In this document: one piece after another, positions 44,664-58,441 of the stretch
How positions within the stretch are numbered: position 1 is the first letter of the stretch
How the letters are laid out: every line of letters begins with the position of its first letter
Origin: Hormiphora californensis
Lineage: Eukaryota; Animalia; Ctenophora
Direction of reading: 5' to 3'
DNA: 64,000 bases
NCBI GenBank assembly: GCA_020137815.1
Contig: CM035358.1
Span: 2,046,001 to 2,110,000 of the forward strand
Translations under genes and position numbers: made by a program
Notes under the pieces: generated by a model
The model's input: the letters and a program-made list of their open reading frames with translations, nothing else
What the model was told of the DNA's origin: nothing
Databases searched by the model: none

Positions 44664-47600
44664 TTAATCATCATTCTCCATATCATCCATGCCGCTCATC
44701 ATCCACTGAAGGATTTCTGAGTATACAGTGAGATCATTCATCTGGTAATCGCAGCTCTCATCATTCGTAGCGACATCAAATATCATTGTGTTTGCCACTG
44801 ATGCCATACACACGTAGCACTGGTCGCGGATATCATTTGTCCTTAGTTTGGATCGGAATTTACTGAAAGAGAGGGAGGTAATTCTCCTACTACCGCCTCA
44901 CATAGTTCAAGATCCCCCATTTAGCTCTCCCTCCCCTTAGTCAACAAATTCATTTGGAAAAAACAACAAACCTTCTTTTGTGGGTCATATCAGAATCAAG
45001 AATTTTATATTCTCCATATTCGTCACGGGATAGCAGAGTAGCAGAAACATGTTCTTTCACAACAAACTCAGCGCCATACTTTTCAGCTTCCACCTACAAG
45101 AATAGAGGTAGTGTGTCTAGCAATTTAATTTTTGCTCATTTTTCGGTGCGTGAGCCAATCAGAGGCCTGGATTTCAAATCAAAGGCCTCTGATTGGCCCG
45201 CACACTGAAAAATGACGTGGTCCACGCTCTGTAAGGGTTCGGTAGATCAAGTAAATTGTTATTCAAACTCTCTATTTTGAGACCGCACAGCATAGCAAAA
45301 ACAAAATCCACCTACAGATTTCGGTGTCTACACTAACCTCACATAAGAACCTCGATCTGCCACTTTTCTTGTTTTTCACCGTCAGATAAGTTCCTATAGA
45401 GAACTGCTGATCGGCACACCGCACTGCAAGCACCTCACCGTCATCACAGGGGGATGCAGTTTCCCAGTACTCAGTATGAGTACAATCATACTTTATACTT
45501 CCATCAGAGTTAGGGTCACACTCGATGTTCGTTGCCGCAAACCTGAATGAGAACATGGTGAAAACTTAAATTTTGCTGAACATTGTCAAATACTCGGGTA
45601 GGGGGTAATGGTGAGAATCGTCAGATAATTGGCTTGCTAATACAGTCGGACCCCGATTTAACGGCACCCTCGGGGGAAAGGGTTTTGTCCGTTAAATCGG
45701 GGTCAAATACTGTTAATTTCCTATATCGGGGGAAGATTATCCTGCCGTTAAATCGGGGTGCCGTTAAATCGGGGGCCGTTAAATCGGGGTCCAACTGTAC
45801 CGGAAAAACCGGACAACCCTTATAAGTTCTAACACTTACGACAAAGACCTCTGATTAAAACTTACTCATATCCGTGGAAGGGGTCCTTTTTCTCGTTCAG
45901 ATTATCAAAATCATAGGGGTCCATTATCATTCCATACATGTACCCTTGGTTCCTACAAATCGCATTTGCCTCGTCCCGGCCCATTCCCTCATTACAGAGT
46001 ACAAATTCATTATCCACCATCACAACACCGGCACTTGAATCGGCAGCATCATCAGGATTCTTTAGTGAGAGAGTGAAATGATTATCACCATCCACTGTGA
46101 TGACCCTATACTTTCTAACCGGCATGACATCACTTCCACTGTTGCCAAACCATCCTTGGTAAATGTTCCCACCGTAATAGTCATCATAACAAGAGCCCTC
46201 CGGGGTAAGTGTGAAGATGGGGTACCGGTTGAGATATCCCGTTATGATCCTGTCAGCAAAGGAGAGTGTCCACTCGATGGTAGTCTCATTAACCGTGCCA
46301 GGTGGGACTCTGAATTGGGACCAGCTCGACATACATCCAGCAATGTAGTACATTCCATCGGTAGTACTATTAATTGTTAGCTTGATGTGAGGATTCGCGG
46401 AGTTATCGACAGGATCCGAGTCACGGAACCATACAGAGGTGTAGTTGAAGAATTGAGTTCCGGACAGTCGACCATTTACCCACTGGATCGCATTTTCCAT
46501 ATTCTCAAAGTCAAACAGGGCTTGGACCATGGAACTTTCCGATGAGCTGACCGTTGTGTATGATACAGAATCTGTAAAGTTTTCCTGGTTTGTCCACTCC
46601 GTAACAATAGGTGGAACTTGCCAGCCTTTATCACTCAGGTAGAAATACTCGGTGGCATTATCATTAGTTAAAATGGAACCAGTTGATGAACTTGTGATTT
46701 CTTCGTAACATCTTTCAGAGTAGAAGTAGTGGAAGTGCGTGGCCCCGTTAACCAGTATTTCCATATAGGTAGGCCAGTAGGCGAACGTCCAGCGGGTGTA
46801 GTCTGATGCACCAACAAAGTCCTCAGGGTAGGGTACACGGGTAAGAGCAGGTCCTGAACAAACCAACACATACAACCCATCTGCAAAGAAATCTGCCCTC
46901 AGAATATGGGTGTAACCCCCCCTCGAGCTAGATCCATGTTTTACAACAATTCGTTCGTATGAACCGGCCGCAGACCTTGTAATATGATTTAGGGCACTCG
47001 CTGTTGTATTCATCTCTGTACTGCTTCCCTCCCAATCCGAGACGTTATCCCAGACGGCGTCTGTCTTCACCCCAGAGCCGGAGCAGGCGTCCGTGGTTTC
47101 ATCTAACCCATCAAAGCAATCATACCATTCATCACAAACAAAACTATTGGGGATGCATTTCTTAGCGTCGTAACAGCCAGTGTAGCCGGCAGGACATTGC
47201 AGATCCACCACCTCTGTTTCTTCAACCATCTCCGCGTGGAACGTTATATTCCCACCGACTCGTGCACGTTGTGTCGTCACCTGGATCGTTAGGTATTGTC
47301 CCTTTTTTGTTCCTACTACAGTCATCCTATGATCAGTATCATTCTGTCCGTCCACCGCAATTAAAATCTTGTCTGTATTCTGATTCCCATCAAATACGAA
47401 TATCCAGATATCTCCAATAGTTTGGAGGTCAGGGAAATATAGTTGGACGTACCCTCCAGCTCCTGCAGGAAATACTCGAACGCTCCTTAAGGCTGACGAA
47501 ATGAAGGGGATTTGGTACTCCTCAGGTTCCCCAGCGGGGCCCGCCTGGACGTTATACGAATACCGCTCTGGGTTGTTCATGGTCTCGTTAATCCAAGACA

Positions 47601-48663
47601 TAGCTGGCCAAACACTCCACACTATTGAAGGCATTGAGGTATACTTTCTTGAGGGCCCGTCGAGAAGTATTCCAACGAGCTTATTAGTTCCTCCAGTATT
47701 ATACAGAACGGCAGCCCCGATATCATCATCGGTCGTTCCACCGTTGCCATTCCCGTCAATACAAAACATTTCCGAGCTATTCCAATAACTTGATCCCCCA
47801 TAGTTGTTGTCACACGTGTCGGAGGCTGTGACATTCTGTGTCAAATCAAGTAGCGTAGTGTATCCGCCGTACGCAGCCACCGTTACTACTCTTCCGTCCG
47901 CCACATAGTCCCGCGATGGCATCTCGGTCGGGTGGCAGTTATAATTGAATTCAATCGGGGTTTCCAAATAGATCATGGCCATGTACATTTTCGGATTTTC
48001 AGTTGTATTTTCCTGTTTTACTATCGCCTCCACACGGTGCCAGGCAATACCGTCTGTTGAATTCTCGTTACTCACTCCCACCCAGAATTGGATGGTGTTT
48101 ATCCAGTCGTCATTAGTGTAAAACATCCCCGTGGCTGTTGTTAGAATCCATCTTTCACTTAGAATGACGGCGTCATAAAGTACTCCTTTCCTGATGAATG
48201 GTGTCCAATCTGTATAATAGAAGACCTGGGGAGTGGATACTATGGTGTTACTATGGTGTTACTATGGTATTACTCAGGAACCGACCGAATCAGGAAATAC
48301 TGGTCCCTGATTGGCTGATAACCAGTCACGTGACCTAAATAACGAGTACTGATTGGTTGTTTACTTGTTTCGGTCGGTTCCTGGTGTTACTATAATGTTA
48401 TTATGTTGTACTATAGTGTTACAATGGTGTTACTATGGTGTTACTATGGATCGCGATGAATCTATAACACAAGGTGAGATGTTTACCGAGGAAGGGAACT
48501 CTCCATATGTAGCAAAACTAGAATCTCCTCCCCAAATCCTTCCAGTCTTAGAGGGAACTGCACTCTTGAGGTTATCAAAAGAGACCAGGTTCTCTTCCTC
48601 GTTTTTCTTTTTTCTGGAAGCAACAAGGGCAACCAGCACGGCCACCAATAGAAGCAGTCTCAT
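44664..48663 (-). CDS. Secreted mosaic protein: inactive trypsin-like domain, CUB-like, LDLa, unassigned region, SRCR-like
   Basis: Exons 48663-48487, 48225-45866, 45542-45338, 45093-44972, 44862-44664; signal peptide, R|IWGG, LDLa CPAGYTGC...CDEWYDCFDGLDE, SRCR-like LCNEG...ANAICRNQGY. Confidence 0.85.
48275..48383. mobile_element. 109-bp hAT-type MITE
   Basis: TIR caggaaccgaccgaa; 8-bp TSD gt(a/g)ttact; lies in an 11-bp gtgttactatg repeat. Confidence 0.9.
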
Positions 48664-50576
48664 GATCTGATATACGGTGTCTAATTAGTTAACCAAGGTT
48701 GTAACTAGATCCAAGAAAGAAATATGGAACCGTGTCGAATCGATACCGTATTCTCACTACAAGCACCCATGTTAGCACATAGATACATCGGGAATGCACG
48801 ATTTAATTTATCACCAAAAAGGGGGAATTAGAATAATGTAAAATGGAAGTTGAAAAGTATAAAAATGTTTAGTTCTAGAATTAAGAATATTTTTTTCGAT
48901 ATTCTTAATTATCGGCGGAGAAATATTATATAGGTACAGTCGGACCCCGATTTACAATTACCGGAACCCCGATTTATCGATAATCTTCCCCTGAACTATT
49001 TTGGCCCATTTTCACTGAAAATTTCAGATTTTCGAATTTTCTAATTAGCCATGTCATGTGATCTCTATCGAATCGTAAATGGCGAATGGATACGTGGCGA
49101 CTAATCGGGGCGGGGAATCACATATCATACGTCCTAAGAGCCCATAGTATCGATACATGACCTTATTTAACTAATCGATCGAGTGATTGGGTAGAGTGGT
49201 AGAAAATCACACAGGTACCCGCCCGAATCATCGAGTAAACCATTAGCCTGTAGAGATCGCATACCTGATCTCTAAGTCTAATGTGGTCACAGTATCGATA
49301 TACGTCTTGGTATTGGGATCGACGATACGTGATTCCTCACCGCTACACACATGGACCGATCAATGGTCAAACGGGTTTAATGAATTGTTGTTTGAAATTA
49401 ATTTAAATCACCTTAAAAATACCAAGGCTGTTGCTACTGATGGTAATATGCTAAGCAAAGCATTGAAACTGCTGATGGGCGTGAAAATTAGATCAATAGA
49501 GGGTCAAAAATGCACCACCCCGATATACCGGGCACCCTGATTTACCGGGCAAAATGGCTTCCCCCGAGGATCCCGGTAAATCGGGGTCCGACTGTATTTA
49601 CTAATAAGGTACATACACTGCAGTTAGTGGTGATTAAAAGATGCTAACTGATGAAATGAACTCGAAAAATTGTTCCTTTCCTTAAATAACCTACGTATCA
49701 CGTGACCCTTTGCATGGCATGTAATGAACATGATGAATTAAATGTGTTAAAATATCGCAGCATGCATAATATGCACTATATGCATGAGAATACTGAGATA
49801 GTAAGATTTTCTGGGCCGGATAACTTGAAACTAGGAGAGGATAGGGGATTTATTAAGTAATGTTCTTAAAACTTTAATGTGCAATTCGTGCGGGTTCACC
49901 TGATAAAATCTATCAAGCCACAGCGTGCCTGGTGAAACTTTAACACGACCTATCATGCTACGGGAAACCACCACTTGTACGTGGTAGCTGAGGGTCTACA
50001 GATCATTTGAATTGATTAATTAACCCTTTAAATAAAACTTGTAGATTTTAAAATTTAGCTCGGCTGAAAGGAAAAGGTTTCATTGGATAGCCTATATATT
50101 TTTTTTCTTCCTGCTGTATAAATTGCGTATTTTAGAACCTAAAACGTTAAAAGTGGGCCAATTTTACCCCAGCTTACCCTACTTAAATTTTCTATAAATC
50201 AACGATCTGTTATTGGATTGGTATGGAATCTTGGATCTTAGTCGAAAATTATCCCATAAACCCGGTATTTAGTGCCGCATCATTGTAGATTGAGTCGCCT
50301 GACACTGTGTCCGTGTAAAGGGGTGAACTGTGAAGTTCTTCCCGCAACAATTCTCCTACCGACATGCCTGGTAGTTCAGCATATCCCTTCCGCATCAGTT
50401 CAATGGAATTTCTCTCACTCACTCTCTTTCTCTCACTCCCTCTTTCTCTCTCTCACTGCTAAACAAACACACATCGCACTGGGGCCTGTATTTGCAAACA
50501 TGGTGACATTTCCGACCATACTACTTTGATCTGCACCTTGTGTCACTATAATACTGATTAGTCAACACTTAACACG

Positions 50577-51091
50577 ATGGATGGAAATGCATTACCTTTC
50601 AAATGGAAGTAAGTACTTTCTGAATTCTGACCTTGTTGAGTTAAAATTTTAACCTACACCAAAAGAAATAATCATTTGGTGATTTTGTAATTCTTCAAGG
50701 GAAAGTGTTTTACCCGGTAAATCGGGGTGCCCGATAAATCAGGGTCTGACTATATATTTTTATTTTGTTCCCACTTTTTCAGGATAACCAACTTCACCGT
50801 TCTTAACTTGGCCCTATTTGTATCCTATGGGTTGTTCTCTCTCCCTGGGTCATTCTTACCACTCTACAACTTGGACAGAAGTATATCTCTTGACATCACA
50901 GGTATATTGGCCTAGAAATGGTTTGCCTTCCACCATCCTTACGGTGTTGTTTTAAAAATGCCATTGCCTTGCTATGTAATTGTAAGAACATAACGAGGTC
51001 AAGGTGGTAACATTTTGAAAATAACCTCGTCTTAATTCTAACTTATATCCCTCCACAGGAGCGAGATGAGTTAGTTACATTTACTAGAGAG

Positions 51092-51137
<46 letters not shown>

Positions 51138-51381
51138 GAGAGAGGAGAGTAAGAAAAGGAAGAAAGAGAGAGGAGAGAGAGAGAGAAGAAAGAGAGAGAG
51201 AGAGAAAGATAGAGAGAGAGAAAGAGAAGAGAGGCAAGAAGAGAAAAGAGAGGGAGAGGGAGAAAGAGAGAGAGAGAGATCACTGTGAATCCCGTCTACA
51301 AGGATGTAGGATCTAGGGGGCATTTTAAAAAAGCTTAAAGCAATAATCCCAGGAGGAGATGAGGAGTTACATTATAGAGAG

Positions 51382-51449
<68 letters not shown>

Positions 51450-53041
51450 AGAGAGAGAGAAAGGGGATAGAAAGAGAGAGAGAGAGAGAGAGAAAAAGAG
51501 AGAGAGAGAAGATTGAGATGAGAGAGAGGATCACTGGGTCCGGATCCCGTCCTACTACCCAGGATGTAGGATCAGTTTGACATTGACATTATGCGGCGAA
51601 TCGGGGTTGCCGCCCGAGCGACCCGCCAAGGTGTCCGCTCCCCCCCCCAAAAAAAAGGTGTGTTTTTCAAGCCAAAAATTGTTTTTCAACCGTCTGGGAG
51701 TGGTCAAAAAGGCTCGGAACCCAGTTTATAGATTGATTTTAGTGCAATTTGACCCATTCCTTTTTGACAGACAAATTTCCCCGGGGTATTTTCCAGTAAA
51801 TAATTTGTAGTCTTTTGCGACAACCCCGGATCAAAACGGCCAGTGGACGCCGAACTCCCTTGAAAGAAAAGACCCATTTTGGGGGCGGAGCAGCCCCCCT
51901 TTTTGTGGAGCTCATCTTTTTGGTGGCACCGGTGTTAGCCCAAAAGGGGTTAGAACCCCCCCAAACCCTTCCCTATTCTGCCCCCTTTTCCCCAAACTCA
52001 CACTGCAATCTTACCTTTTTAAAACCCCTTTATTCGGGGGTGTTGAAATTGGGGTACTGGCACCTGCTCTCCTTTGGGTCTTTTTATTAATATTTATAAT
52101 AACACGGTGCCGACGTAGCGGTTTAGTGCTATAACGTAATCCCACCAACCCCCCAACCAAAAACCCGAGAGGAGAGAGGGAAACAGGTGAGTTTGTTATA
52201 TTAACTAGAGAGAGCACCCCCACAGGAGCGATTCTGGGTGCTGTCCCGTTCTGTTACATCTTCATGTGTCCTATTGTCGCCAAAATGCTGGACAGATGGA
52301 GCAGTAAGGCCCTCCTGCTACTTTCAACCGGTCAGTATTGAATATTGATCATCAAACTTTATAAATTTTCAATCGACCTGATTTGTATCAAGTTGCTTGA
52401 TTTACAAACGATACCAGAAGTGAATAACTCTGTTTTAGGGTTGGTTAGTTTCGTTACAGTGTTATTCTCTCTGATGGGCTATATTCAACACAACCTTCTC
52501 TACATTTCTCTATCTTTTGTACTCAGAATCTGTCAGGTGAATTATCTTGCCCTAAAATCTATGGAGTTGCAGTAGTATCAAATCAAACCTCATGTTTTGT
52601 AATAAATGTGTGGTTGTATTAATTGTGATTCTATAAATCCACTCTGTAATACATTTCCTTGAATTGTTCATACTTCCTTTTTATTCTGGAGCACGGAAAC
52701 AGCGACTCAAACATTTCCAACCTCACTACCTATCCTTTTTCTTGGTAGCGAAGTTAATCCTGATAGATACTGAGTAATTTTCTGCTCACTAAAAAAGTCT
52801 CTACCTCCACCATTTTAGGGTCTGCTTGGTGGAGTTATTGACGTAGTGGCATTTACTGTTTACCAGCAAAGATGTTCCCAAATAACATAGCACTGACAAC
52901 AGCCATTGTAGAGACGTCCCTTAACATGGCCATAGCAGCGAGCCCATACATCGGGGCGGCTCTTTATGAGGTAGAGAGAGAGAGAGAGGGAAGGAGAGAG
53001 AGAGATAGTGTGAGAGAGAGAGAGAGAGAGAGAGAGACGAG

Positions 53042-53105
<64 letters not shown>

Positions 53106-53182
53106 TGATAGAGAGAGATAGTGAGATATGAGAGAGAGAGAGAGATGAGGGGAGAGAGAGGAGATGAGGATGAGATAGGAGA

Positions 53183-53232
<50 letters not shown>

Positions 53233-53319
53233 GAGAGAGAGAAGAAGAGAGGAGAAGAGAGAGGAGAGAGATAGAGAGAGATGAGAGGAACAGAGAGAGA
53301 GAGAGAGAATGAGAGAGAT

Positions 53320-53373
<54 letters not shown>

Positions 53374-56353
53374 GGAAAGGTTTCATTCCGGAAAATGTGA
53401 AATAAAACAACAATAATTCCAGAATGTTAGTTTTCTGGTTGCATTCCTAGTTCCAGGGGGAGCAATATTTCTTCTATTTTTGGTCAGCTTCCTTGTGAAA
53501 GATGTTGACTGCAGAAAGGATCAATCCGAAGGTAGGTCTGCCCAGGAAGCGACCGAATATTCGATTCGATGATTCGGGTGGTCTTGCCTAACAGATTCAT
53601 CAGGTCTGTCTATCTCTTTTTGAGTTTGAAAAACTGATTACAATCAGGATTCAGGAAGAATTAGACCTACTTGTTACTATCATTTCTACCAAATAGACAC
53701 ATGCAGAGACGTATCTGCCAGCTTCATTTCCTATCTGGCACGCACCTCGACCCCCTTTTTTAGAATAGTGCACGCAAGACAGATCATTCCATTCCATTCT
53801 ATTATATATATACCATTATATCCCCCCTCTCCAGTAAACAGCACAAGATCTATCCTAACGGATCCTCTACTAATCTTCCCTGCCTGGCACTGTGCATTCT
53901 CACAAATCCTCCTGAACTTCTATATCCCCATACTTGCACCATACACAGAGGTATACTATATAGCGTATATTATGAGATACAATTTGCATTATTTCTTGTT
54001 ATAATACTGCATGATAGCTGTGACAACACGCACGCTGAGAGAGATTGACTCTCCTGACCGGGCATTTGCGGTTCGGAGAGGGCGGTCATATATGAGACAA
54101 GTTATGCTCCATTCTAACAAGTAGATCGGAGATGTCTTGATGTATGCTTGTGGAATATATGCCGGGTCGACACGCCACTATGTTTAGAGCAGGGCCGCTA
54201 TGCAGGAATATGTTGCTTGTTACTATTTTGCTTGTTCAGTAAAGAAGCAAAACATTAACAATGTTCGCTGATAGTATTAGAAGCGGGAGGTCGAAGGAAG
54301 CATGTTAAAAGTAAACAAGTTCAAGTGAATTGGTTTAAACATTTCCCTATATAGTTTGGAAACTATCTCAATCTCAATCTCAATCTCAATCTCAATCTCA
54401 ACTCAATCGCAATTGCAAGCTCAAGCGAAGCCGATCGCAGCGCATGCTCGAGGCGAGCCTAGCGCGACGCGAGCGGAGCGCTATCGGATCTCAGCGCGAG
54501 CTTAGCTCATCTCTCTCTCGCGAGCTCAGCTCGATCTATTCTAGCTCGATCTATAGCATCTCTATCTCTAGTCTCTATCTCTATCTCTATCTATCTCAAT
54601 CTCTATCTCTATCTCTATCTCTATCTCTATCTCTATCTCTATCTCTATCTCTATCTCTATCTCTATCTCTATCTCTATCTCTATCTCTATCTCTATCTCT
54701 ATCTCTAAAAGGCTGCAATAAAAGGCTGCAGAAAAAGGCTGCAATAAAAGGCTGCAGAAAAAGGCTGCAATAAAAGGCTGCAATAAAAGGCTGCAATAAA
54801 AGGCTGCAATGGATCACATATCCAACTGGACTAAAGCACTAAAGCAGGAGATAGACCGAATCGTCCTCCCCTAATAGTGTTTTGTTTCACGTATCGGTTT
54901 CTACCATAAGCGGTAGAGAGACCGAATCACCCGCCCCTAATTATAGTGATTCGTGCCTGGTATCCAACTAAACCATAGGCGGTAGATAGACGGAGATAGA
55001 GAGTTAGAGAGGTGAGAGTGAGAGATCCGAATCATGGACGACTAATCAAGTATTGTATCACGTTTCATGATATCCTCTAATTAATTAAATGAAAGGCGGT
55101 TACCTATAATTTGACCTAATCGGTGCCAATACGTGATTACTGATTTTCTACCGTTATTCGCCAATAGTCTTTATGTACACAATTCAGTAGATCGGAATCA
55201 CACATAATACTATGATAGGTGAACTAAGTGGTTGGGTGGTTCACCTGTGATTGTGCTACACGCTCAATCAATAGATCTACCCTACCTCATTAGACCAACA
55301 CTCTCAGTAGTTACTGACTACCTCTACTGAATCGTGGATCGATACGGAAAGACTAATGGAGAATACATAGCGGTAGAGAATCACGTATCGGGACCGATGA
55401 GGTCTCATTGTCAATTGGTAACCGCTTTCCATTAGAGGATACCATGGTACGTGATACCATACCGTGATTCTGATTTTTCACACTCTCAGTTCTCACTCGT
55501 ACTCGCTCTCTATCTCGGTCTCTCTCTATTGCCTATGGTCTAGTTGGATACGTGACACGAATCACTATAATTAGGGGAGGGTGATTCGGTCTCACTACAG
55601 CCGATACGTGATACGAAACACTATTAGGGGAGGACGATTCGGTCTATCCCCCGCTTTAGTCTGGTTGGATACGTGATCCCTTGCAGCCTTTTATTGCAGC
55701 CTTTTATTGCAGCCTTTTTCTGCAGCCTTTTATTGCAGCCTTTTATTGCAGCCTTTTTCTACAGCCTTTTATTGCAGCCTTTTATTGCAGCCTTTTATTA
55801 GGAGCGAAGTTCTACTCACCTGCCTCCCAGGCTACGTTTGATAAAGGAGCCGTGTTCGCTGGTATCTGTCTCCTAATCAACACGGCGGGTATCATTATTG
55901 TCTCCCCATTTCTGGGCTATCTAATGGATCGATTTAACCCCTATATCTTCCTAATTATCGGAGCAGTAACACTTCCTGTGACATACCTTTTGTTGGACCG
56001 TCCCCGATCCTAGGGGTAAGTACTATAAGTACACGGATGGGGGGACCAGGTTTGTCTAATTGGTAGGGGTCCCCGGTCCAGCTGAGGGGAGGGGGAACAT
56101 GAACAGACCACCATTTTATCCTAGCTTTTATTTCTTTTGATTCGGTCATAACCAAGAGAAATTGTTGCCTAGCTTGCCCCGCCCGCGAAACAAATGTAAA
56201 GGAGGGTTAAAACATAACCAAGAGAAATTGCCATTCCCAGGAAATGATAACAGCATCCCCGACGCAACTTATAACAGTCCTGGCCCTGATAGGTTTTGAG
56301 ATGCCACTCGCCTGTTACCCCTCTCTAATCATCATGAACGATATTTATAAGGT

Positions 56354-56386
<33 letters not shown>

Positions 56387-56888
56387 GGTGAGAGAGAGAG
56401 AGAGAGGGGGGGAGAGAAAGCTTACTAACACTATTTTACAGGTCCGTTATAAGGCTCTTACTCCCTCTGCACAAAACCTCATCACCTCAATCTATTGTGG
56501 CTCATTTCCTGTTGGAGCCTTCCTCGGTGTCGTCTCGGCAGGTATTCCCTTGGCTATTGTCATTTTGAACTGATAGATCTTTAAACCACTAAACAGCATC
56601 CTACACCCCTTTTTTACAGAGCTATTAAAATCTCGCTACATGAAACCTCCTTTTTTCAGGGCTCATATCTCGCTATATGACACCTTCCTTTTTTCAGGGT
56701 TCATATCACGCTACATGACGTTTGGGCAAAGCACCCAGATAATGGGGTTCCTGGCAATACTCCAAAGTTTATTTGTCTTCCTCTTCCTCTTCCTAACTCT
56801 GCGGCTAAAGAAATCATCTGCAGCTGAAAAATGTGGAGAGGAAACTCCTTTATTGAGGGAGCGGCCAACTTCTCTAGCGACTCACTAG
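50577..56888 (+). CDS. MFS transporter (SLC18B1-like), multi-exon
   Basis: Hydrophobic exons at ~50577-50608, 50784-50901, 52226-52330, 52439-52536, 52819-52970, 53835-53950, ~55831-56015, 56241-56351, 56442-56541, 56699-56888; motif-A-like PIVAKMLDRW and PFLGYLMDRF; PYIGAALYE; some junctions uncertain. Confidence 0.75.
54556..54705. repeat. (ATCTCT)n hexamer microsatellite
   Basis: Seen directly. Confidence 0.95.
54706..55798. mobile_element. Foldback-type element whose termini are arrays of an 11-bp unit
   Basis: (taaaaggctgca)n at 54706-54810, inverted (ttgcagcctttta)n at 55681-55798, plus inner inverted arms. Confidence 0.8.
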
Positions 56889-57203
56889 TCACTTCTCTAA
56901 CAACTTACTAGTCATTTTCTAGCGAATTTCTAGATTGGAAACTTGGTTGGTAACTCCGAAATGAACTACACATGTCAAATTGAACTAAAATATCTTGACA
57001 TCTGTTGAATGTTCTATGACATAATATTGTCAGTAAACCGTTGAAATTATATATGACATGTTGTGATGTACATTGTGCTTACAAACTATATTACCGTTAT
57101 CGACTGAACACCGATATTTCCGTGATCAAAATATGTTAAACGCTTCAATTCAGTGAGAAATTAAGAAACAAATACACAAAGCAAGATACAAAACTCTCTC
57201 TTT

Positions 57204-57312
57204 CAGGAACCGACCGAATCAGGAAATACTGGTCCCTGATTGGCTGATAACCAGTCACGTGATCTAAATAACGAGTTCTGATTGGTTGTTTACTTGTTTC
57301 GGTCGGTTCCTG
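57204..57312. mobile_element. 109-bp hAT-type MITE, second copy
   Basis: Same TIRs as 48275-48383; perfect 8-bp TSD ctctcttt. Confidence 0.92.
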
Positions 57313-57482
57313 CTCTCTTTATAATTGGGGTCACTGTGTTTCACAGACTCTCTCTTCTTGTCCTTCATCTGGGAAGTGGGAACTGATATCATGCAGCTGT
57401 TTCAGACATGGTCATTGACAAATTATGACCATTTAGGTCAAGTTAATCTGATTTTCATGTTTTTATACACATAATCTCCCTC

Positions 57483-58215
57483 TCACACACTAAAACTCTC
57501 CCCACACCCGCAAGTCCCTTTTACATTTGGGTTGTTAAATACAAACTCTGAAGTCAACTTATCCGTTGAATAGTCCATCTCAGTTCCAATTAGTGTCATG
57601 AGCGCTTTCGAGTCAATGAATATCTTAACACCTGGAATCATTTGTTATTATAACATATATTATTGGTAACCATGGCAACATAATTGGGTGACAAACATTC
57701 TGTAGCCCAAACAATTTGTCTTCGAATAAAAACCTACCATCTTGTTCGACAATCTCATCAAACTTAGCGGCATAGTCGCAGTAGTCCAACACATACGTTA
57801 AACCATTGCACCCCCTCGTTTTAACTGACACTTTCAATCCCTAGGTAAACGAATATTAAGTATTATATTTTAAATTCTTCTTTTAGACACCTTATACCTA
57901 TCAATACTATGGCATGGACTCCATAGCTGTTAGGAAATTAATACTAATAGGTACAGATAGCAGGATTTACCATCGTCTAAATATAGTTTCACGGTGATAG
58001 CAGGTGAACACGGTGATAGCTAGGGTACCTGTTATCTCTAGGCCTAGCCTACTTCAATCTAGTTTTATCGAACACTATTATACCTGGGATCCTTTATCAG
58101 ACAGAAGCTGCGAAACTTTCTGTACGGCACTAGGTGTAAGGGTGAGTACAGATCTCGAAGCTTTTAGTCTGGACCCAGTTCTTGCTGCAGCCCTAACTGT
58201 GGCTCCAAAAGTCAT
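57483..58215 (-). CDS. ISCA1: Iron-sulfur cluster assembly protein 1, 3 exons
   Basis: Exons 58215-58084, 57840-57738, 57631-57483; LTLTPSAV, TRGCNGLTY, FVFNNPNVKGTCGCGESF. Confidence 0.95.
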
Positions 58216-58441
58216 TACTATACGTAACACGTGAATGGTTAGTGTTAGGTAGAAAGGAAATGATAAACGTTTTTTTGTTGTGTAAACAGGCAATCTATTC
58301 TACATTTTGATTGAACATAAAACTATAAAAACGGTATAAACTCGACTAAAATGTTAAAAATTCGTAGGTCTTAAAAGTTATAATCAGAATACACAAACAG
58401 AGATACAAACGCATAAAAATTCCGCCCCCACCGTATAAAAG

